From Escherichia phage N2: a stretch of DNA of 64,000 nucleotides. The translations under genes and the position numbers were made by a program. Below, in pieces: positions 48,425 to 59,301 of this stretch (positions are counted from its first letter, which is position 1; every line of letters begins with the position of its first letter). The notes under the pieces are model-generated. The model searched no databases. It worked only from the letters and a program-made list of their open reading frames with translations, and was not told where the DNA came from. The stretch lies in the sequence record ON645936.1; one strand, 5' to 3'.

Positions 48425-49936
48425 ATGACTGACATTAAAGTACATTTTTATGATTTTAGTCACGTGAGAATTGATTGTGAAGAAAGTACATTTCATGAAC
48501 TCCGTGATTTCTTTAGCTTCGAAGCTGACGGGTATCGGTTTAATCCGAAGTACAGATATGGCAACTGGGATGGACGAATCCGTCTTTTAGATTATAATCG
48601 CCTTCTTCCGTTCGGATTAGTCGGGCAAATTAAAAAGTTCTGTGATAACTTTGGCTATAAAGCCTGGATTGACCCGCAAATTAACGAAAAAGAAGAATTA
48701 TCAAGAAAAGATTTTGATGAATGGCTTTCTAAATTAGAAATCTATTCAGGCAATAAAAGAATTGAACCGCATTGGTATCAAAAAGATGCAGTGTTCGAAG
48801 GATTAGTTAATCGTCGTAGAATTCTTAATCTTCCAACATCCGCAGGTAAATCCTTAATTCAAGCTTTGCTTGCACGTTATTATTTGGAAAATTATGAAGG
48901 TAAAATTCTTATCATTGTTCCAACAACTGCTCTGACAACTCAGATGGCTGATGACTTTGTTGACTATCGTTTATTCAGTCATGCAATGATAAAGAAAATC
49001 GGTGGTGGAGCATCAAAAGATGATAAATATAAAAATGATGCACCAGTCGTTGTTGGTACATGGCAAACTGTAGTTAAACAACCAAAAGAATGGTTCTCAC
49101 AGTTTGGAATGATGATGAATGATGAATGCCATCTTGCTACAGGAAAAAGTATTTCATCTATCATATCAGGTTTAAATAACTGCATGTTCAAATTTGGTTT
49201 GTCTGGTTCATTACGTGATGGCAAAGCCAATATCATGCAGTATGTTGGAATGTTTGGTGAAATATTTAAGCCAGTAACGACTTCTAAATTAATGGAAGAT
49301 GGACAAGTAACTGAGCTAAAAATTAATAGTATTTTTCTTCGCTATCCCGATGAGTTCACTACTAAATTAAAGGGAAAAACTTACCAAGAAGAAATAAAAA
49401 TTATTACTGGGCTCAGTAAAAGAAATAAATGGATCGCTAAATTAGCTATTAAGCTTGCGCAAAAAGATGAAAACGCTTTTGTCATGTTTAAACATGTATC
49501 GCATGGTAAAGCTATTTTCGATTTAATTAAAAATGAATACGATAAAGTTTATTACGTATCAGGGGAAGTTGATACCGAAACCCGCAACGTAATGAAAACC
49601 TTAGCTGAAAATGGTAAAGGAATAATTATAGTAGCGAGTTATGGTGTATTTTCTACTGGTATTTCAGTTAAAAATCTGCATCATGTTGTTTTAGCGCACG
49701 GCGTTAAATCAAAAATCATTGTATTACAAACAATCGGTCGTGTATTACGTAAGCATGGTTCTAAAACAGTCGCAACAGTCTGGGACCTCATAGATGATTG
49801 TGGCGTTAAGCCAAAATCTGCTAATACGAAAAAGAAATATGTCCATTTGAACTATCTTTTAAAACACGGCATTGATCGTATTCAGCGCTACGCAGATGAA
49901 AAATTTAATTACGTAATGAAAACAGTTAATTTATAA
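48425..49936 (+). CDS. uvsW: UvsW RNA-DNA and DNA helicase
   Basis: 503 aa; SF2 helicase Walker A PTSAGKS, DECH box. Confidence 0.9.
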   Translation: MTDIKVHFYDFSHVRIDCEESTFHELRDFFSFEADGYRFNPKYRYGNWDGRIRLLDYNRLLPFGLVGQIKKFCDNFGYKAWIDPQINEKEELSRKDFDEWLSKLEIYSGNKRIEPHWYQKDAVFEGLVNRRRILNLPTSAGKSLIQALLARYYLENYEGKILIIVPTTALTTQMADDFVDYRLFSHAMIKKIGGGASKDDKYKNDAPVVVGTWQTVVKQPKEWFSQFGMMMNDECHLATGKSISSIISGLNNCMFKFGLSGSLRDGKANIMQYVGMFGEIFKPVTTSKLMEDGQVTELKINSIFLRYPDEFTTKLKGKTYQEEIKIITGLSKRNKWIAKLAIKLAQKDENAFVMFKHVSHGKAIFDLIKNEYDKVYYVSGEVDTETRNVMKTLAENGKGIIIVASYGVFSTGISVKNLHHVVLAHGVKSKIIVLQTIGRVLRKHGSKTVATVWDLIDDCGVKPKSANTKKKYVHLNYLLKHGIDRIQRYADEKFNYVMKTVNL

Positions 49937-49948
49937 GGGCTTCGGCCC
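49937..49948 (+). other. GGGCTTCGGCCC stem-loop after uvsW
   Basis: Hairpin overlapping the uvsW stop codon. Confidence 0.4.
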
Positions 49949-49961
49949 TTTGGAGAAAAAG

Positions 49962-50192
49962 ATGTTACTAGGATTTAAACAATTTCTTTATGAAGCTTCT
50001 ATTGATGAATTTATGGGTAAAATTGCCTCTTGCCAAACATTAGAAGGTCTAGAAGAACTTGAAGCTTATTATAAGAAAAGAGTTAAAGAAACTGAATTAA
50101 AAGATACTGATGACATCTCTGTCAGAGATGCTTTGGCAGGAAAAAGAGCTGAATTAGAAGATTCAGACGATGAAGTAGAAGAAAGCTTTTAA
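49962..50192 (+). CDS. uvsW.1: UvsW.1 small acidic protein
   Basis: 76 aa from ATG at 49962 with GGAGAAAAAG RBS. Confidence 0.75.
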   Translation: MLLGFKQFLYEASIDEFMGKIASCQTLEGLEELEAYYKKRVKETELKDTDDISVRDALAGKRAELEDSDDEVEESF

Positions 50193-50247
50193 ATTAAAAA
50201 AGGCCCAACCAAAAAGGAAGGGCCAAAACTATAGACTAAAGGTCACA

Positions 50248-50478
50248 CTATAGCAAAAGTTGAGTTTCATTTAATTGTTCTTCCGAACTTTCTGAAACTG
50301 GTAGTTCTTTAATGTAATTATAGCAAGGCCCAGGATGTACAGGACCTTTGTCTGTTTCAACAACCAATGCAGAATCGATTGGAGTTTTACAGACAACACA
50401 AATCTTATCTGACATGATTGTCTCCTTTTGAATATAGTAATATTTATAAACCCATTTTAATCCGCATTTCTTGTACAC
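50248..50478 (-). CDS. Hypothetical Cys-containing small protein (uvsY.-2-like)
   Basis: 76 aa ORF with CVVC...C motif. Confidence 0.6.
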   Translation of the reverse strand: MYKKCGLKWVYKYYYIQKETIMSDKICVVCKTPIDSALVVETDKGPVHPGPCYNYIKELPVSESSEEQLNETQLLL

Positions 50479-50538
50479 GGATTAAGCAAGCTTCCATCTC
50501 TGCTAATAGTCGAAATACTTCTTTATAATCTGTCATAT

Positions 50539-50766
50539 TTACCCCATATCTCTCATATGCATATCAATGCCCATATCTTTAGAATAAAAATATTCATCAA
50601 GATATCCGGCAAATTTTCCTTTAATATAAAGGACATCTTCACCACATGGGTGGTCGGCCAGGATACGAATATCCTGACGCTTAAGATTATACTTTTTCAT
50701 TAAGAATTGAATTTCCGTTTCAAATTCTTCTTCATAATTAAAAGCATCATCAATGCTATATCTCAT
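50539..50766 (-). CDS. Hypothetical protein (uvsY.-1-like)
   Basis: 75 aa ORF immediately downstream of uvsY. Confidence 0.6.
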   Translation of the reverse strand: MRYSIDDAFNYEEEFETEIQFLMKKYNLKRQDIRILADHPCGEDVLYIKGKFAGYLDEYFYSKDMGIDMHMRDMG

Positions 50767-51179
50767 TATTTTCCAGCCTCAAATGCCCGCATGTCTTGAA
50801 TATGCTTAATAGCAAATCCTCGTGATTTGATAGCATCAAGAGCTCCGCTACAGAAATCTAATAAAATTCCCCAATACTGTAATGAAGTATCAACTTTTAA
50901 AACATCCTTATCAGCTGATAGAACTGTCTTCATTTCTGATTTCTCATAACGGTCCATACTAAATTCATCACCATCTCCTCGTCCCGAGTAGTAGTCTAAT
51001 CTAGCTTTAAGAGCAACTTTTTTCTGTGCGTCAATTCTAAGCATTTCCTTTTTAATACTTGAATGCTTATTGAGCCATTTACTATATAACATCACATTAT
51101 TAGCTGCTTCATACTGTAATTTAGTCGAATCTATAAACACATCTTTCTTCAATTCTTCTTGAAGATCTTCTAATTTCAT
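50766..51179 (-). CDS. uvsY: Recombination mediator UvsY
   Basis: 137 aa as T4 UvsY. Confidence 0.9.
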   Translation of the reverse strand: MKLEDLQEELKKDVFIDSTKLQYEAANNVMLYSKWLNKHSSIKKEMLRIDAQKKVALKARLDYYSGRGDGDEFSMDRYEKSEMKTVLSADKDVLKVDTSLQYWGILLDFCSGALDAIKSRGFAIKHIQDMRAFEAGK

Positions 51180-51245
51180 ATTGTTCTCTATTCAATTGTT
51201 ATTGGATGGACTTAGATTCATTATACCACGTTTACGCGTGAAGCA

Positions 51246-51644
51246 TTATACTCTATTACTGGAAGCCAGTTGCAGTTTTATCTGCTCAATATCATCAGGG
51301 TTATCGATGACTGAAAAGCGTATTTCTACTATCAGAGTATAATCATCATAAACTGGTATTACATTAACTGCTAATTTATCAATACGCGGCTCATAGTTTC
51401 TTACTGCGCTTTCGATGTTACGCTCAACTGTATCAGCAGTAAGAGGAGTCATATTCTCAAAAAGCTGATCAGATAAATCGCATCCAAATTCTGGGTCAAA
51501 AGGTCTCGACCCTTTTCTGGTTGTAATAATTCCTAAAAGGCTATTTTTAATTGACCTTAATCCAAGAGATCTAGAAACATCTTTGTCCCAATCCATTTTC
51601 ATTTCTGGGTCAATGTCAGAATAAAGCTTATTAATATTTGCCAT
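51246..51644 (-). CDS. 25: Baseplate wedge protein gp25
   Basis: 132 aa as T4 gp25. Confidence 0.9.
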   Translation of the reverse strand: MANINKLYSDIDPEMKMDWDKDVSRSLGLRSIKNSLLGIITTRKGSRPFDPEFGCDLSDQLFENMTPLTADTVERNIESAVRNYEPRIDKLAVNVIPVYDDYTLIVEIRFSVIDNPDDIEQIKLQLASSNRV

Positions 51645-52270
51645 TACAATAGCTCAAAGAATTCTTTGAGTCCTCTTATTACATGAGCGTGAGATTTTCC
51701 ACACTCTGGACACTTAATTGGAACAGCCAAATACACAGTAGGCTTTAAAAGCATATCTTTTATAGCTACAATATCTGACTCTGTGATGATAGAATATAAA
51801 TCTTCCAACTCTTTTTCATTTAAGTCTTCAACTGGAATGCTTTCCCCGTTAGCATGAATCGTTTCTATGCATGATACTATCATGTGGGCTATATTTTTAT
51901 CATCAAAAATTTTAGGGTAATGGAACTTAATTTTAATGTCACCCAGTGTATACCAGAGGTCTTCTGGTGCATCTATTTGCGTATGTAATAGATTTATATG
52001 GGTTGGTATTTCAGTTCCACAGGTGCACTTCCAGGAGTTTTCGTGATTAACTTCTCCAAGAGAATGCGCCCATAAATGAATCAGCAGTAGTTCTGATTCT
52101 TGGCGGTTTAAATCTTTTGCATTTGTGCAGTCTTTGATTAGCTTTTTAACGATCTCTTCTACTGAACCGTTCTTTTTAGCAGTAATAAGTTCTAGATATT
52201 CTTTAAGAGTAAATGCGCGACAGTTGATTATTTTAGAACCAACTCTCACATCAAATTTGTATTCATACAT
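51644..52270 (-). CDS. 26: Baseplate hub protein gp26
   Basis: 208 aa as T4 gp26. Confidence 0.85.
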   Translation of the reverse strand: MYEYKFDVRVGSKIINCRAFTLKEYLELITAKKNGSVEEIVKKLIKDCTNAKDLNRQESELLLIHLWAHSLGEVNHENSWKCTCGTEIPTHINLLHTQIDAPEDLWYTLGDIKIKFHYPKIFDDKNIAHMIVSCIETIHANGESIPVEDLNEKELEDLYSIITESDIVAIKDMLLKPTVYLAVPIKCPECGKSHAHVIRGLKEFFELL

Positions 52271-52291
52271 ATTTAGCTCCTTTATTTATCA

Positions 52292-52303
52292 TATTTATAA
52301 ATA
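52292..52303. promoter_or_regulatory. Divergent overlapping late promoters between genes 26 (-) and 51 (+)
   Basis: Plus TATAAATA at 52296..52303; minus TATAAATA as plus tatttata at 52292..52299. Confidence 0.55.
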
Positions 52304-52320
52304 GAATAAAAGGAGCATCT

Positions 52321-53070
52321 ATGGCAAACATTATTCGTTGTAAATTACCAGATGGTGTTCATCGTTTTAAACCATTTACGGTAGAAGATTATCGAGATTT
52401 TTTGTTAGTTCGAAACGATATAGAACATCGGTCACCACAAGAACAAAAAGAAATAATTGCTGATTTAATTGCTGATTATTTTGGAGACTATCCGAAGACT
52501 TGGCAACCATTTATATTTTTACAGGTATTTGTAGGGTCAATAGGTAAAACTAAAGTACCGGTCATATTTGTATGTCCAAAATGTAAAAAAGAAAAGACAG
52601 TTCCATTTGAAATATATCAAAAAGAATTAAAGGAACCTGTTTTTGATGTAGCTAATGTTAAAATTAAATTAAAGTTTCCTTCTAAGTTTTATGAAAATAA
52701 AGCAAAGATGATTACTGAAAATATTCATTCTGTTCAAGTAGATGAAACATGGTATGATTGGAAGGAAATTAGTGAATCAAGTCAAATAGAACTTGTTGAT
52801 GCCATCGAGATAGAAACATTAGAAAAAATTCTCGATGCAATGAATCCTATTAATTTAACATTGCATATGTCCTGCTGTGATAAGTATGTAAAAAAATACA
52901 CTGATATAGTAGATGTGTTTAAGCTATTAGTTAACCCAGATGAGATATTTACTTTTTATCAAATTAATCACACACTCGTAAAAAGTAATTATAGCTTAAA
53001 TTCAATAATGAAAATGATTCCTGCCGAGCGCGGATTCGTATTAAAACTGATTGAGAAGGATAAACAATAA
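52321..53070 (+). CDS. 51: Baseplate hub assembly protein gp51
   Basis: 249 aa as T4 gp51. Confidence 0.85.
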   Translation: MANIIRCKLPDGVHRFKPFTVEDYRDFLLVRNDIEHRSPQEQKEIIADLIADYFGDYPKTWQPFIFLQVFVGSIGKTKVPVIFVCPKCKKEKTVPFEIYQKELKEPVFDVANVKIKLKFPSKFYENKAKMITENIHSVQVDETWYDWKEISESSQIELVDAIEIETLEKILDAMNPINLTLHMSCCDKYVKKYTDIVDVFKLLVNPDEIFTFYQINHTLVKSNYSLNSIMKMIPAERGFVLKLIEKDKQ

Positions 53071-54245
53071 TGAGTATGTTGCAACGCCCAGGATATCCAA
53101 ATCTCAGCGTTAAATTATTTGATAGCTACGACGCTTGGAGTAATAATAGATTTGTTGAATTAGCTGCTACTATTACCACGTTAACTATGCGGGATTCTCT
53201 TTATGGCCGAAATGAAGGAATGCTGCAGTTTTATGATTCTAAAAACATCCATACAAAAATGGATGGAAATGAAATAATTCAGATTTCTGTAGCTAATGCA
53301 AACGATATTAATAATGTTAAAACAAGAATTTATGGATGTAAGCATTTTTCTGTGTCAGTAGATTCAAAGGGTGATAACATCATTGCTATTGAATTGGGAA
53401 CTATTCATTCCATAGAAAATCTTAAATTTGGTAGACCGTTTTTCCCTGATGCAGGTGAATCTATAAAGGAAATGCTTGGCGTCATTTATCAAGACCGTAC
53501 GCTATTGACTCCAGCGATAAATGCTATAAATGCTTATGTTCCTGATATTCCGTGGACTAGTACATTTGAAAACTATTTGTCGTATGTTAGAGAAGTTGCT
53601 CTAGCTGTAGGAAGTGACAAATTTGTATTTGTATGGCAAGACATCATGGGAGTTAACATGATGGACTATGACATGATGATAAATCAAGAACCATATCCAA
53701 TGATTGTCGGTGAGCCATCTTTAATAGGTCAATTCATCCAAGAATTAAAATATCCATTAGCATATGATTTCGTTTGGTTGACTAAATCGAATCCTCACAA
53801 ACGTGACCCAATGAAAAATGCTACTATCTATGCTCATTCATTTTTAGATTCTTCATTGCCAATGATTACTACAGGAAAGGGCGAAAACTCTATTGTAGTG
53901 TCAAGGTCAGGTGCTTATTCTGAAATGACTTATAGGAATGGATATGAAGAAGCTATTCGTCTTCAAACTATGGCGCAATACGATGGCTATGCTAAATGTT
54001 CTACTGTCGGTAATTTTAACTTGACACCTGGCGTTAAAATTATTTTTAATGATAGTAAAAACCAATTTAAAACAGAATTTTACGTTGATGAAGTTATTCA
54101 CGAATTATCCAATAATAATTCAGTAACTCATCTTTATATGTTCACTAATGCAACGAAACTGGAAACAATAGATCCAGTTAAGGTTAAAAATGAATTTAAA
54201 TCTGATACTACCACTGAAGAAAGTAGTTCTTCCAATAAGCAATAA
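53070..54245 (+). CDS. 27: Baseplate hub protein gp27
   Basis: 391 aa as T4 gp27. Confidence 0.9.
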   Translation: MSMLQRPGYPNLSVKLFDSYDAWSNNRFVELAATITTLTMRDSLYGRNEGMLQFYDSKNIHTKMDGNEIIQISVANANDINNVKTRIYGCKHFSVSVDSKGDNIIAIELGTIHSIENLKFGRPFFPDAGESIKEMLGVIYQDRTLLTPAINAINAYVPDIPWTSTFENYLSYVREVALAVGSDKFVFVWQDIMGVNMMDYDMMINQEPYPMIVGEPSLIGQFIQELKYPLAYDFVWLTKSNPHKRDPMKNATIYAHSFLDSSLPMITTGKGENSIVVSRSGAYSEMTYRNGYEEAIRLQTMAQYDGYAKCSTVGNFNLTPGVKIIFNDSKNQFKTEFYVDEVIHELSNNNSVTHLYMFTNATKLETIDPVKVKNEFKSDTTTEESSSSNKQ

Positions 54246-54723
54246 AGAAATTTCTATTCCTAAAATGGGTCTTAAACATTATAACATTTTAAAAGATGTT
54301 AAAGGACCCGATGAAAATTTAAAACTTTTGATCGATTCTATTTGTCCAAATTTATCACCGGCAGAAGTTGATTTCGTTTCTATTCATTTATTGGAATTTA
54401 ATGGAAAGATTAAATCTCGTAAAGAAATAGATGGTTATACTTATGACATTAATGATGTTTATGTATGCCAAAGATTGGAATTTCAATACCAAGGAAATAC
54501 ATTTTATTTTAGACCTCCTGGAAAATTTGAACAATTTTTAACGGTGAGCGATATGTTATCCAAATGCTTGCTTAAGGTCAATGATGAAGTTAAAGAAATT
54601 AATTTTCTTGAGATGCCAGCATTCGTTTTAAAATGGGCAAATGACATTTTTACAACTTTAGCAATTCCTGGCCCTAATGGTCCAATAACCGGAATTGGCA
54701 ATATTATTGGATTATTTGAATGA
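54190..54723 (+). CDS. 28: Baseplate hub distal subunit gp28
   Basis: 177 aa as T4 gp28; 56-nt overlap with gene 27 in a different frame. Confidence 0.8.
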   Translation: MNLNLILPLKKVVLPISNKEISIPKMGLKHYNILKDVKGPDENLKLLIDSICPNLSPAEVDFVSIHLLEFNGKIKSRKEIDGYTYDINDVYVCQRLEFQYQGNTFYFRPPGKFEQFLTVSDMLSKCLLKVNDEVKEINFLEMPAFVLKWANDIFTTLAIPGPNGPITGIGNIIGLFE

Positions 54724-56492
54724 AAAAGCCACAAGAAATGCAAACGATGCGTAGAAAAGTTATTTCAGATAATAAACCAACACAGGAAGCGGCTAAATCC
54801 GCTTCTAACACTTTATCTGGACTTAACGATATATCTACGAAATTGGATGATGCTCAAGCTGCTTCTGAATTAATTGCTCAAACTGTCGAAGAAAAATCGA
54901 ATGAAATAATTGGAGCAATTGACAACGTAGAAAGCGCAGTGAGTGATACTACTGCCGGTTCTGAGTTAATTGCTGAAACTGTCGAAATTGGCAATAATAT
55001 TAATAAAGAAATCGGTGAATCACTCGGGAGCAAATTAGATAAATTAACAAGTTTACTAGAACAAAAAATTCAGACAGCTGGAATTCAACAGACGGGAACT
55101 AGTTTAGCTACGGTTGAAAGCGCTATTCCTGTTAAAGTTGTTGAGGATGATACAGCTGAATCTGTGGGTCCTTTATTACCGGCTCCTGAAGCAGTTAATA
55201 ATGATCCTGATGCTGATTTTTTCCCTACCCCTCAGCCAGTTGAACCTAAACAAGAATCGCCAGAAGAAAAACAGAAAAAAGACGCATTTAACTTAAAATT
55301 ATCTCAAGCTTTAGATAAATTAACGAAGACTGTTGATTTTGGATTTAAGAAATCTATTTCAATTACTGATAAAATATCAAGCATGCTATTTAAGTATACC
55401 GTCAGTGCTGCTATTGAAGCTGCTAAAATGACAGCAATGATATTGGCTGTTGTTGTCGGAATAGACCTGTTGATGGTTCATTTCAAATATTGGTCAGATA
55501 AATTTTCACAGGCTTGGGATTTGTTTAGTTCAAACTTTACTAAATTCTCTAGCGAAACCGGAACATGGGGTCCTTTATTACAGAGCATCTTTAGTTCTAT
55601 TGATGAAATTAAAAAATTCTGGGAAGAGGGAGATTGGGGTGGTTTGACGGTAGCTATTGTAGAAGGGCTTGGAAAGGTTCTTTATAATTTAGGTGAACTT
55701 ATTCAGCTTGGAATGGCTAAATTATCTGCGGCAATTCTTCGAGTTATTCCTGGTATGAAGGATACTGCTGATGAAGTAGAAGGAAGAGCACTAGAAAATT
55801 TCCAAAATACTACAAATGCTTCTCTTAGCAAAGAAGACCAAGAAAAAGTTGCAAATTATCAATATAAAAGAATGAATGGAGACCTTGGTCCGATAGCAAA
55901 AGGGTTAGACAAAATTGCGAACTGGAAAACTCGTGCATCTAACTGGATTCGTGGTGTTGATAATAAAGAAGCACTAACGACTGATGAAGAGAGAGCAGAG
56001 GAAGAAGAAAAATTAAAGCAACTTTCTCCGGAGGAAGCTAAAATTGCTTTAATGAAAGCTAATGAAGCTCGTGCTGCTATGAATCGTTTTGATCAATATG
56101 CCGATTCAGCTGACATGAGTAAAGATTCAACGGTTAAATCAGTTGAAGCTGCCTATGAAGACCTTAAAAAACGGATGGATGACCCGGATTTAAATAATTC
56201 ACCGGCAGTTAAAAAAGAACTTGCTGCTAGATTTTCTAAAATTGATGCTACTTATCAAGAGCTCAAGAAAAATCAGCCTAATGCCAAACCTGAAACTTCT
56301 GCTAAATCGCCAGAAGCAAAACAAGTCCAGGTTATTGAAAAGAACAAAGCACAGCAAGCTCCTGTTCAACAAGCATCTCCTTCGATCAATAATACTAATA
56401 ATGTTATTAAGAAAAATACTGTCGTTCATAATATGACACCCGTAACGAGCACGACTGCTCCTGGTGTATTTGATGCGACTGGAGTTAATTAA
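54720..56492 (+). CDS. 29: Baseplate hub / tail length determinator gp29
   Basis: 590 aa as T4 gp29. Confidence 0.9.
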   Translation: MKKPQEMQTMRRKVISDNKPTQEAAKSASNTLSGLNDISTKLDDAQAASELIAQTVEEKSNEIIGAIDNVESAVSDTTAGSELIAETVEIGNNINKEIGESLGSKLDKLTSLLEQKIQTAGIQQTGTSLATVESAIPVKVVEDDTAESVGPLLPAPEAVNNDPDADFFPTPQPVEPKQESPEEKQKKDAFNLKLSQALDKLTKTVDFGFKKSISITDKISSMLFKYTVSAAIEAAKMTAMILAVVVGIDLLMVHFKYWSDKFSQAWDLFSSNFTKFSSETGTWGPLLQSIFSSIDEIKKFWEEGDWGGLTVAIVEGLGKVLYNLGELIQLGMAKLSAAILRVIPGMKDTADEVEGRALENFQNTTNASLSKEDQEKVANYQYKRMNGDLGPIAKGLDKIANWKTRASNWIRGVDNKEALTTDEERAEEEEKLKQLSPEEAKIALMKANEARAAMNRFDQYADSADMSKDSTVKSVEAAYEDLKKRMDDPDLNNSPAVKKELAARFSKIDATYQELKKNQPNAKPETSAKSPEAKQVQVIEKNKAQQAPVQQASPSINNTNNVIKKNTVVHNMTPVTSTTAPGVFDATGVN

Positions 56493-56500
56493 GGAATAAT

Positions 56501-57595
56501 ATGGCAATTGTTAAAGAAATAACTGCTGATTTAATTAAAAAGTCCGGTGAAAAAATTTCAGCCGGACAGAGTACTAAATCAGAAGTAGGAACTAAAACAT
56601 ACACTGCCCAGTTTCCAACTGGGCGTGCTAGTGGTAATGACACTACAGGGGACTTCCAGGTAACAGATCTATATAAGAATGGATTATTATTTACTGCATA
56701 CAATATGTCATCTAGGGATTCTGGAAGTCTTAGATCGATGAGATCTAACTACTCTTCTTCATCTTCGAGTATTTTACGTACGGCCAGAAACACTATCAGT
56801 AATACAGTATCAAAACTGTCAAATGGATTAATATCAGATAATAATTCAGGAACAATAAGTAAAGCCCCTGTCGCAAACATTCTTTTACCAAGATCTAAAT
56901 CTGATGTTGATACATCATCACATAGATTTAATGATGTTCAAGAAAGTCTTATCAGCAGAGGCGGAGGTACTGCTACTGGTGTGCTAAGTAATATTGCTTC
57001 AACTGCAGTATTTGGGGCACTGGAAAGTATAACGCAAGGTATAATGGCTGATAATAATGAACAGATTTATACGACAGCCAGAAGTATGTATGGCGGTGCT
57101 GAGAATAGAACTAAAGTGTTTACATGGGATTTGACGCCACGTTCAACAGAAGATTTAATGGCTATTATTAATATCTATCAATATTTTAACTATTTTTCTT
57201 ATGGTGAAACGGGTAAATCTCAATACGCTGCTGAAATAAAGGGGTATTTAGATGATTGGTATCGTTCTACTTTAATTGAACCTTTATCTCCGGAAGACGC
57301 AGCTAAAAATAAAACGCTATTTGAGAAAATGACATCGAGTTTAACTAACGTTCTAGTAGTTTCAAACCCGACAATTTGGATGGTGAAAAACTTTGGCGCA
57401 ACATCTAAGTTTGATGGAAAAACGGAAATATTTGGCCCATGCCAAATACAGAGCATCAGATTTGATAAAACACCTAATGGTAACTTTAACGGATTAGCTA
57501 TTGCTCCAAACCTCCCTAGTACATTTACTCTTGAGATTACTATGAGAGAAATTATCACGTTAAACCGTGCTTCTTTATATGCGGGGACTTTTTAA
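56501..57595 (+). CDS. 48: Baseplate tail-tube cap gp48
   Basis: 364 aa as T4 gp48. Confidence 0.9.
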   Translation: MAIVKEITADLIKKSGEKISAGQSTKSEVGTKTYTAQFPTGRASGNDTTGDFQVTDLYKNGLLFTAYNMSSRDSGSLRSMRSNYSSSSSSILRTARNTISNTVSKLSNGLISDNNSGTISKAPVANILLPRSKSDVDTSSHRFNDVQESLISRGGGTATGVLSNIASTAVFGALESITQGIMADNNEQIYTTARSMYGGAENRTKVFTWDLTPRSTEDLMAIINIYQYFNYFSYGETGKSQYAAEIKGYLDDWYRSTLIEPLSPEDAAKNKTLFEKMTSSLTNVLVVSNPTIWMVKNFGATSKFDGKTEIFGPCQIQSIRFDKTPNGNFNGLAIAPNLPSTFTLEITMREIITLNRASLYAGTF

Positions 57596-58560
57596 TGTAT
57601 TCTTTAGAGGAATTTAATAATCAAGCAATAAACGCAGATTTCCAACGTAATAATATGTTTAGCTGCGTTTTTGCGACAACTCCATCAACTAAAAGCTCTT
57701 CGTTGATAAGTTCAATTAGCAACTTTTCTTATAATAACTTGGGTCTAAATTCAGATTGGTTAGGATTGACTCAAGGCGATATTAATCAGGGAATTACAAC
57801 GCTAATTACTGCTGGCACACAAAAACTGATAAGAAAATCAGGGGTTAGTAAATATCTTATTGGTGCCATGAGTCAACGTACAGTTCAAAGTTTATTAGGC
57901 TCATTTACAGTTGGTACATATTTAATTGACTTCTTTAACATGGCATATAACTCATCTGGATTGATGATATACTCCGTAAAAATGCCAGAGAATAGATTAT
58001 CCTATGAAACTGACTGGAACTATAATTCTCCTAATATTCGTATAACTGGGAGAGAATTAGACCCTTTGGTTATTTCATTTAGAATGGATTCAGAGTCGTG
58101 TAATTATCGTGCAATGCAAGACTGGGTTAACGCTGTTCAAGACCCAGTAACTGGACTGCGTGCGTTGCCACAAGATGTCGAGGCAGACATTCAGGTTAAT
58201 CTTCATGCTCGTAATGGATTACCTCATACTGCAGTGATGTTCACCGGATGCATTCCAGTGTCAGTGAGCGCTCCTGAGTTATCATATGATGGAGATAACC
58301 AAATAACTACATTTGATGTTACTTTTGCGTATAGAGTCATGCAGGCTGGAGCAGTTGATAGACAAGCTGCGCTTGAGTGGCTTGAATCTGCTGCTATAAA
58401 TGGCATTCAAAGCGTTCTCGGAAATAGTGGAGGTGTTACTGGACTATCTAATTCGCTTTCACGACTTAGTAGATTAGGAGGAACTGCGGGAAGCATTTCA
58501 AACATTAATACTATGACGGGAATTGTCAATTCGCAAAGTAAAATATTAGGAGCAATATAA
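57595..58560 (+). CDS. 54: Baseplate tail-tube initiator gp54
   Basis: 321 aa; synteny after gene 48. Confidence 0.9.
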   Translation: MYSLEEFNNQAINADFQRNNMFSCVFATTPSTKSSSLISSISNFSYNNLGLNSDWLGLTQGDINQGITTLITAGTQKLIRKSGVSKYLIGAMSQRTVQSLLGSFTVGTYLIDFFNMAYNSSGLMIYSVKMPENRLSYETDWNYNSPNIRITGRELDPLVISFRMDSESCNYRAMQDWVNAVQDPVTGLRALPQDVEADIQVNLHARNGLPHTAVMFTGCIPVSVSAPELSYDGDNQITTFDVTFAYRVMQAGAVDRQAALEWLESAAINGIQSVLGNSGGVTGLSNSLSRLSRLGGTAGSISNINTMTGIVNSQSKILGAI

Positions 58561-58564
58561 CAAT

Positions 58565-58582
58565 GGGGACCTTTCGGTCCCC
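58565..58582. terminator. Bidirectional stem-loop terminator between gene 54 (+) and alt paralogue (-)
   Basis: ggggacctttcggtcccc followed by T-rich tract. Confidence 0.6.
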
Positions 58583-58588
58583 ATATTT

Positions 58589-58879
58589 TTATTTACGGAA
58601 TGAAATAAAAGCAGCAACTGAAGCAACTAAACTGTCTTCAATATAAACTTCAATTTTTACCGGAGCTTCTGACTCAAATTTACCTGTTACTACACCTTGG
58701 AAAATGCTTTCAGTCTGCTCTGGCTTTGAAAAATTTTCAGAAGGAAAAATTCCGAACTTTTTATCTGTTCCAAAAATTTTGATAAATTCATCATAAACTG
58801 CTTCATTAAAAGCATTATCAGCAGGAATAACGCCTTCAACTACAAGTTCTTGACCTAAAAAGCGCAAAGAAGATTTCAT
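58589..58879 (-). CDS. Alt C-terminal-like fragment protein (alt.-2-like)
   Basis: 96 aa; ...QGVVTGKFESEAPVKIEVYIEDSLVASVAAFIS resembles the C-terminus of Alt in this window (...TGEVVAMTGDIEIEDRVDFASFVSS). Confidence 0.55.
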   Translation of the reverse strand: MKSSLRFLGQELVVEGVIPADNAFNEAVYDEFIKIFGTDKKFGIFPSENFSKPEQTESIFQGVVTGKFESEAPVKIEVYIEDSLVASVAAFISFRK

Positions 58880-58911
58880 TTTATGTTCCTCATGTTATGT
58901 CAGTAAATCTA

Positions 58912-59298
58912 CTATAACACAACACGAGGGACTTGTAAACTACATTTTGAACTTTTTAGTACGCGTAATAGGCATGCGTCGATTTTATACTGTTTCATTG
59001 TTTGAAGAGCAGTATCAAAAACCGCATTAATGACACCAATTGGATTTCCACCCAAGTTTTTAAGTTTAACTAATGATAGTTTCTCATTAACACCTATCAT
59101 TACGATATGCATCATTTTATCGCCTGGCTTAACGTTTTTATTTGTATCACCGCCAGAGGTGTATGTACAAAATCTAAATCCAGGAAGCACGCTTTCTTCG
59201 CCGGCTTGAATAGCAAAAATTTGAGGTATTTTATGCTTAGGATTTAAGTTAACAACCGGCGCCGAAGCGCCGTCAAATAATTCTGTAATAAGTTCCAT
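58912..59298 (-). CDS. Alt N-terminal-like paralogue (alt.-1-like)
   Basis: 128 aa; MELITELFDGASAPVVNLNPKHKIPQIF... clearly paralogous to the first ~125 aa of Alt; no ART domain. Confidence 0.7.
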   Translation of the reverse strand: MELITELFDGASAPVVNLNPKHKIPQIFAIQAGEESVLPGFRFCTYTSGGDTNKNVKPGDKMMHIVMIGVNEKLSLVKLKNLGGNPIGVINAVFDTALQTMKQYKIDACLLRVLKSSKCSLQVPRVVL

Positions 59299-59301
59299 GA
59301 T

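Noticed and set aside
54190-54245. 56-nt overlap of gene 28 with the end of gene 27, considered as a frameshift or sequencing error
   Set aside because: Both ORFs have the expected T4 lengths (391 and 177 aa), so the overlap looks native.
58912-59298. Alt N-terminal-like ORF, considered as evidence that alt is a fragmented pseudogene
   Set aside because: A full-length intact alt follows at 59302..61398; the small ORF is a separate paralogue.
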